Assembly: GCF_009914755.1 (NCBI RefSeq)
Contig: NC_060940.1
Source of the DNA: the human T2T-CHM13v2.0 reference genome, Homo sapiens
Reading direction: 5' to 3' (one strand)
DNA: 64,000 nucleotides
The position numbers and the translations under genes were made by a program. Numbering within the stretch: the first letter of the stretch is position 1; every line of letters begins with the position of its first letter. The notes under the pieces are model-generated. The model saw nothing but the letters and a program-made list of their open reading frames with translations, had not been told where the DNA came from and ran no database searches. Below are positions 58,846 through 64,000 of this stretch, piece after piece.

Positions 58846-61800
58846 ATTCCATTCAAATCCATTTGATGATTCCATTCGATTCCATTCGATGTTACCATTC
58901 CAGTATATACGATGATTCCACTCGATTCCATTTGATGATTATTCCATTGGAGTCGACTTAGTGAATCCTTTAGATTCTACTCGAAGATGATTCCATTCGA
59001 GTCCATTCGATGAAACCATTCAATTCCATTCGTTAGTGCTTCCATTCAAGTGCATTCGATGATATCATTCGATTCCATTTGATGATAATTCCATTTGATT
59101 CCATGTGATGATTCTATTCCATTCCATTCAATGATAATTCCATTCAATTCAGTGATTCCTCTGGACTCCATTTGATGATGATTCCATTCAATGATTCCAT
59201 TCGATTCTATTCGAAAATGATTCCATTTGAATCCATTTGATGATGATTCCATTCGATTCCATTTGATGATTCCATTCGATTCCATTCGACGATGATTCCA
59301 TTCGATTCCATTTGATGATTCCATTCTATTCTATTCGATGATGATTCCATTCGATTCCATTCGATGATGATTGGATTCGATTCCATTTGATGATTTCATT
59401 TGATTCCATTCGATGATGATTTCGATCAATTCCATTCGATGATTCCATTCGATTCCATTTGATAATGATTACATCCGAGTCCATTCGATGATTCCATTTG
59501 AGCCCGTTCGATAATTCCATTTGAGTCCAATCAATGATTCCATTCATTTCCATTCAATGATTCCATTCGAGTCCATTTGATCATTCCGGTAGGGTCCGTT
59601 CGATGTTGATTCCATTGGAGTGCATTCGATGATTCCATTCGAGTCCATTTTAGGATTTGATTCGAGTCCTTTCGATGATTCCATTCGATTCCACTCTATG
59701 CGTTGATGATTTCATTCGAGTCCATTCGACACTTCCAATCGATTCCATTTGATGTTTCCATTCGAGTCCAATTGATGATTCCATTCAATTCCATTCGATG
59801 ATGATTCCGTACGATTCCATTCTGTGATGATTTCATGTGATTGCATTCAATGATGATTCCTTTCGATTGCATTCGATTATGATTCATTTCGTGTTCATTC
59901 TATGGTTCCACAGGTTTCACATCGTGTCCATTCCATTATTCCATTCTATTCCATTTGATGATGATTCCATTCGATTCCATTCATTGGTGATTCCACTCAA
60001 TTCCATTCAATGATTCCATTCCATTTCTTTCAAAAATGATTCCATTAGTTTCTAATCGATGATCCACTTGATTCCATTTGACGATGATTCCATTCTTGTC
60101 CATTCGATGATTCCATTTGATTCCATATGATGATGATTCCATTCGATTCCATACGATGATGATTCCATTCGAGTCCATTCAATGGTGATTCCATTCAATT
60201 CCATTCGATGATTCCTTTCGATTCCATTTGATGATGATGGCATTCGATTCCTTTCAATCATTCCCTTTGATTCCACTCAAAGGTGATTTCATTCAAGTCC
60301 ATTCGATAATTGCATTCGATTCCATTCTATGATGATTCCATTCGAGTCCATTTGATGATTCCATTCAATTCAAGTCAATGATGATTCCATTCGATTCCAT
60401 TCGATGATTCCATTGGATTCCATTCGATGATGATTCCATTCAAATCCATTCGATAATTCAATTCACGTCCATTCGATGATGATTCCAATCGAATCCATTC
60501 AAAGATTCCATTCAATTCCATTCGATGATTCCCTTAGATTCCATTCGATGATTCCACTTGATTCCATTTACGATGATTCCATTCGATTCCATGTGATGAT
60601 TCCATTCAATTCTATTCAATGATGTTTCCATTTGATTCCATTCGACCATGATTGCCTTTGATTCCATTCAATGATTCCATTCGGTTCCGTTTGATGATGA
60701 TTCCGTTCGATTCCATTTGATGATTCCATTTGATTCCATTGGATGAGTCCATTCGATTACATTCGATGATTATTCCATTCGAGTGCATTAGATGATTCCA
60801 TTCGAGTCCATTCGATGATTCCATTCGAGTCCATTCGATGATTCCATTCGATTCCATTCGATGTTGATTCTGTTCAAATCCATTCGATGATTCCACTCGA
60901 TTCCATTCGATGACTCCATTTGATCCCATTCGATGATTTCCTTTGATTCCCTTTGATGATCATTCCATTTGATTCAATTCGGTGATTTCATTGGATTCCA
61001 TTCAGTGATGTTTCCATTCGACTCCATTCGATGATGATTCCATTCGACTACAATCGATTATGATTTCATTCAATTCCATTCGATAAAGATTCCCTTCGAG
61101 TCCAATCGATGATTCCATTCGATTCCATTCAACGATGATTTGATTCGTGTCCATTCGATGATTCCATTTGATTCCACTTGATGAGGATTCCATTCGAGTC
61201 CATTTGATGATTCCATTCAATTCCATTCTCCGATGATTTCTTTTGAGCCCATTCAATGCTTCCACTCGATTACATATGATGATGACTCCATTCGATGAAA
61301 CTCGATGATGATTCCATTCGCTTGCATTCGATGATGATTCCACTTGAGTCCGTTAGAAGATTCTATTCAATTACATTCCATGACGATTCCGTTCGAGTCC
61401 ATTTGATGATTCCATTACACTCCATTCGACGATGATTCCATTCAATGTTATTCGATGATTCCATTCGATCTCATTCGATGATGATTCCATTCAACTCCAT
61501 TCGATGTTTCCATTCGAGCTCATTCTATTATTCCATTAGATTCCATTCGATGATGATTCCATTCGATTCCATTTGATGATTGCATTCTATTTCATTTGAT
61601 GATGATTCCATTCGAGTCCATTCGATGATTCCATTCGAGTCCATTTAATGAATCCATTGGTTTCAATTCTATGATGATTATATTGGATTCCATTCGTTGA
61701 TGATTTCATTCGATTCCATTCAATGATGATTCCATTCAATTCCATTCAATGATTCCATTCAATTCCATACGATGATGATTCCATTTGATTTGATTCGACA

Positions 61801-64000
61801 GTGAGCCATTCGATTCAATTCCATGATGATTCTATTTGATTCACTTGGTTGACATTTCCATTCGGTTCCATTCGATGATGATTCCATTTGATTCCATTCA
61901 AAGATGATTCCATTCTAGCCCATTCAATCATTCCATTCGATTCTATTCAATGATGATTCCATTCATGTCGATTTGGTGATTCCATTTGACTTCATTTGAT
62001 GATGATTCCTTTCAAGTTCATTAGATGATTCCATTCGATTCCATTTGATGATGATCCCATTCGAGTCCATTCAGTGATTCCACTCGTTTCCATTCCATGA
62101 TGATTCCATTCCATTCCATTCAATGATTCCATTCGATTCCGTTTGATGATGATTTCATTCGAGTCCATTTGATGATTCCATTTGATTCCATTCGATGATG
62201 ATTCCATTCGAGTCCATTCGATGATTCTATTCGAATCCATTTGATGATTTCTTTTGATTATATTTGGTGATGATTCCATTGGAGTCCATTCAATGATTCC
62301 ATTCGATTCCAATCGATGGTGGTTCCATTAGAGTCCATTTAATGATTCCATTTGATTCCAGTCTCTGATGTTTACATTCGAGTCCATACGATGATTCCAC
62401 TCAACTCCATATGATGATGATTCCATTCGATTCCATTCGATGATTCCATTCTATTCTATTCAATGGTGATTCCATTCGAGTACATTAGATGATTCCATTC
62501 GATTCCATTCAATGATGATTCTACTTGTGTCCGTTAGATGATTCCACATGATTCCATTAGATGATGATACTATTTGAGCCCATCCAATGATTCCCTTCGA
62601 TTCCATTCGATGAGGATTCCATTCGATTCAATTCATTGGTGATTCTATTCAATTCAATTCTTTGATTCAATTCCATTCCATTCGACAATGATTCCATTCG
62701 ATTTCTTTCGATGATTCCACTCGATTTCACTTGACATTGATTCCATTCGATTCCATTCAATGATTCCATTTGATTCCAGTGGATGATGATTGCCGTCGAT
62801 TCCATTCGATCACTCCATTCTGTTCCATTTGATGATGATTACATTCGATTCCATTTGATGATTCCATCTGATTCTATTCGAGGATTCCATTTGATTCCAT
62901 TCGATGATGATTCCATTCGAGTCCATTCGATGATTTCATTCGAGTACATCCAATGATTCCATTCGAGTCCATTTGATGATTCCATTTCATTCCATTTGAT
63001 TATGATTCTACTAGAGTCCATTCAATGACTCCATTCGAGTCCATTCAACAGTTCCATCCGAGTCCATTCGGTGATTCCATTCGTTTCCATTTGATGATTC
63101 CATTCGAGTCCATTTAATCATTACAGTCGAGTCCATTTGGTGATTCCACTGGATTTCTTTTGATAATGATACCATTCAATTACATTTGATGATGATCCCA
63201 TTCAATTTCATTTGATGATGATTCCATTAGAGTCCATTCCATGATTTCATTCGAGTCCCTTCATTGATTCCATCCGATTTCATTTCATGATGACTCCATT
63301 CGAGTCCATTCGATGATTCCACTCGATTCCTTTAGATGATTCCATTGGAGTCCATTTGATTGTTCCATTCGATTCCATTCGATTCCTTTCGAAGATTATT
63401 CCATTTGAGTCCATTCGATGATGATTCCATTCCATTCCATTCGATGATTCCGTTTGATTCCATTCGATGATTCCCTGTGATTCCTTTCTATGATGATTCC
63501 ATTCCATTCCATTCAATGATTCCATTCGAATCTATTCCATGATGATTCCTTTCGATTCCATTCGCTGATGTTTCCGTTCAATTCCATTCGATGATGATTC
63601 CATTCGATTCCATTCATTGAGGATTCCATTGGATTCCATTCAATGATGATTCCATTCTATTCCATTCAATGATTGCATTCAATTCCATTCAATGATTATG
63701 CCATTAGAGTAAATTCAACGATTCCATTCAATACCATTCGATGATGATTCCTTTTGAGTCCATTCAATGATTTCATTCAAGTCCATTTGATGATTCCTTT
63801 CAATTCCATTCCATGATGATTCCATTCGAGTCCATTCGATGATTCCATTCGATTGCATTCGATGATTCCATTATATTCCATTCAACGATGATTCCATTCG
63901 AGTCCATTCGATGATTCCATTAGAGTACATTTCATGATTGCTTTGTTTTCAATTCGAAGATGATTACATTGGATTCCATTCTATGATTCCATTCGATTGC
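58846..64000 (+). repeat. Long higher-order unit L3 (partial, runs off the window)
   Basis: Nearly identical to 47017-52171 at offset 11829; ORF translations are identical. Confidence 0.92.

Larger units (their letters stand above)
1..64000 (+). repeat. Human Satellite II (HSat2/HSATII) pericentromeric array, CATTC strand on +; probably HSat2B subfamily (chr16-type)
   Basis: Continuous TTCCATTCGA / TCGAGTCCATT / GATGATGATTCC motifs in ~23- and 26-bp units with dense TCGA and GANTC sites. This is the HSat2 signature rather than the near-pure CATTC runs of HSat3. The subfamily and chromosome call rests on the ~6.1-kb period recalled from the literature and is less certain than the family call. 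Confidence 0.96.

Noticed and set aside
446-63525. Numerous minus-strand ORFs of 60-193 aa (MESSNGIEWNHRM-type)
   Set aside because: They are translations of the GGAAT strand of the satellite, overlap in several frames, have no recognisable domain and recur with the HOR period. The + strand has none because TGATGA introduces stops in all frames.
1-64000. CRISPR-like or other repeat-spacer array
   Set aside because: There are no unique spacers between repeats, no leader and no cas genes; all sequence is degenerate satellite.
1-64000. Strand inversion or non-satellite island
   Set aside because: No GGAAT-rich stretch on + and no unique sequence were seen; polarity is constant across the window.
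1-64000. HSat3 or alpha-satellite identity
   Set aside because: No long pure (CATTC)n runs, no 171-bp monomer and no CENP-B box; abundant CGATGATGA and GAGTC motifs indicate HSat2.

Overview
The whole 64 kb window is uninterrupted human/great-ape-type Satellite II (HSat2), a CATTC-derived repeat built from ~23/26-bp units (TTCCATTCGATTCCATTCGATGATGA, with GAGTCC variants), with the CATTC strand on + throughout. I found no genes, RNA genes or transposons; the listed ORFs are artefacts of the repeat. The informative signal is higher-order structure. The left part is an array of 6112-bp units (three exact-length copies, then 6511- and 6527-bp variants and a truncated copy), consistent from memory with the ~6.1-kb HSat2B array of chr16 pericentromeric heterochromatin. 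At ~34808 it switches to ~11.8-kb units (12209 bp, 11829 bp and a partial copy). By manual landmark mapping, the 6112-bp unit equals the long unit minus four internal blocks (762, 2013, 105, 2836 bp) plus small indels, and the lengths sum exactly. The window therefore appears to capture a boundary between a longer and a shorter higher-order repeat (HOR), with mosaic units near the interface. I see no support for a novel protein-coding or defence system here.
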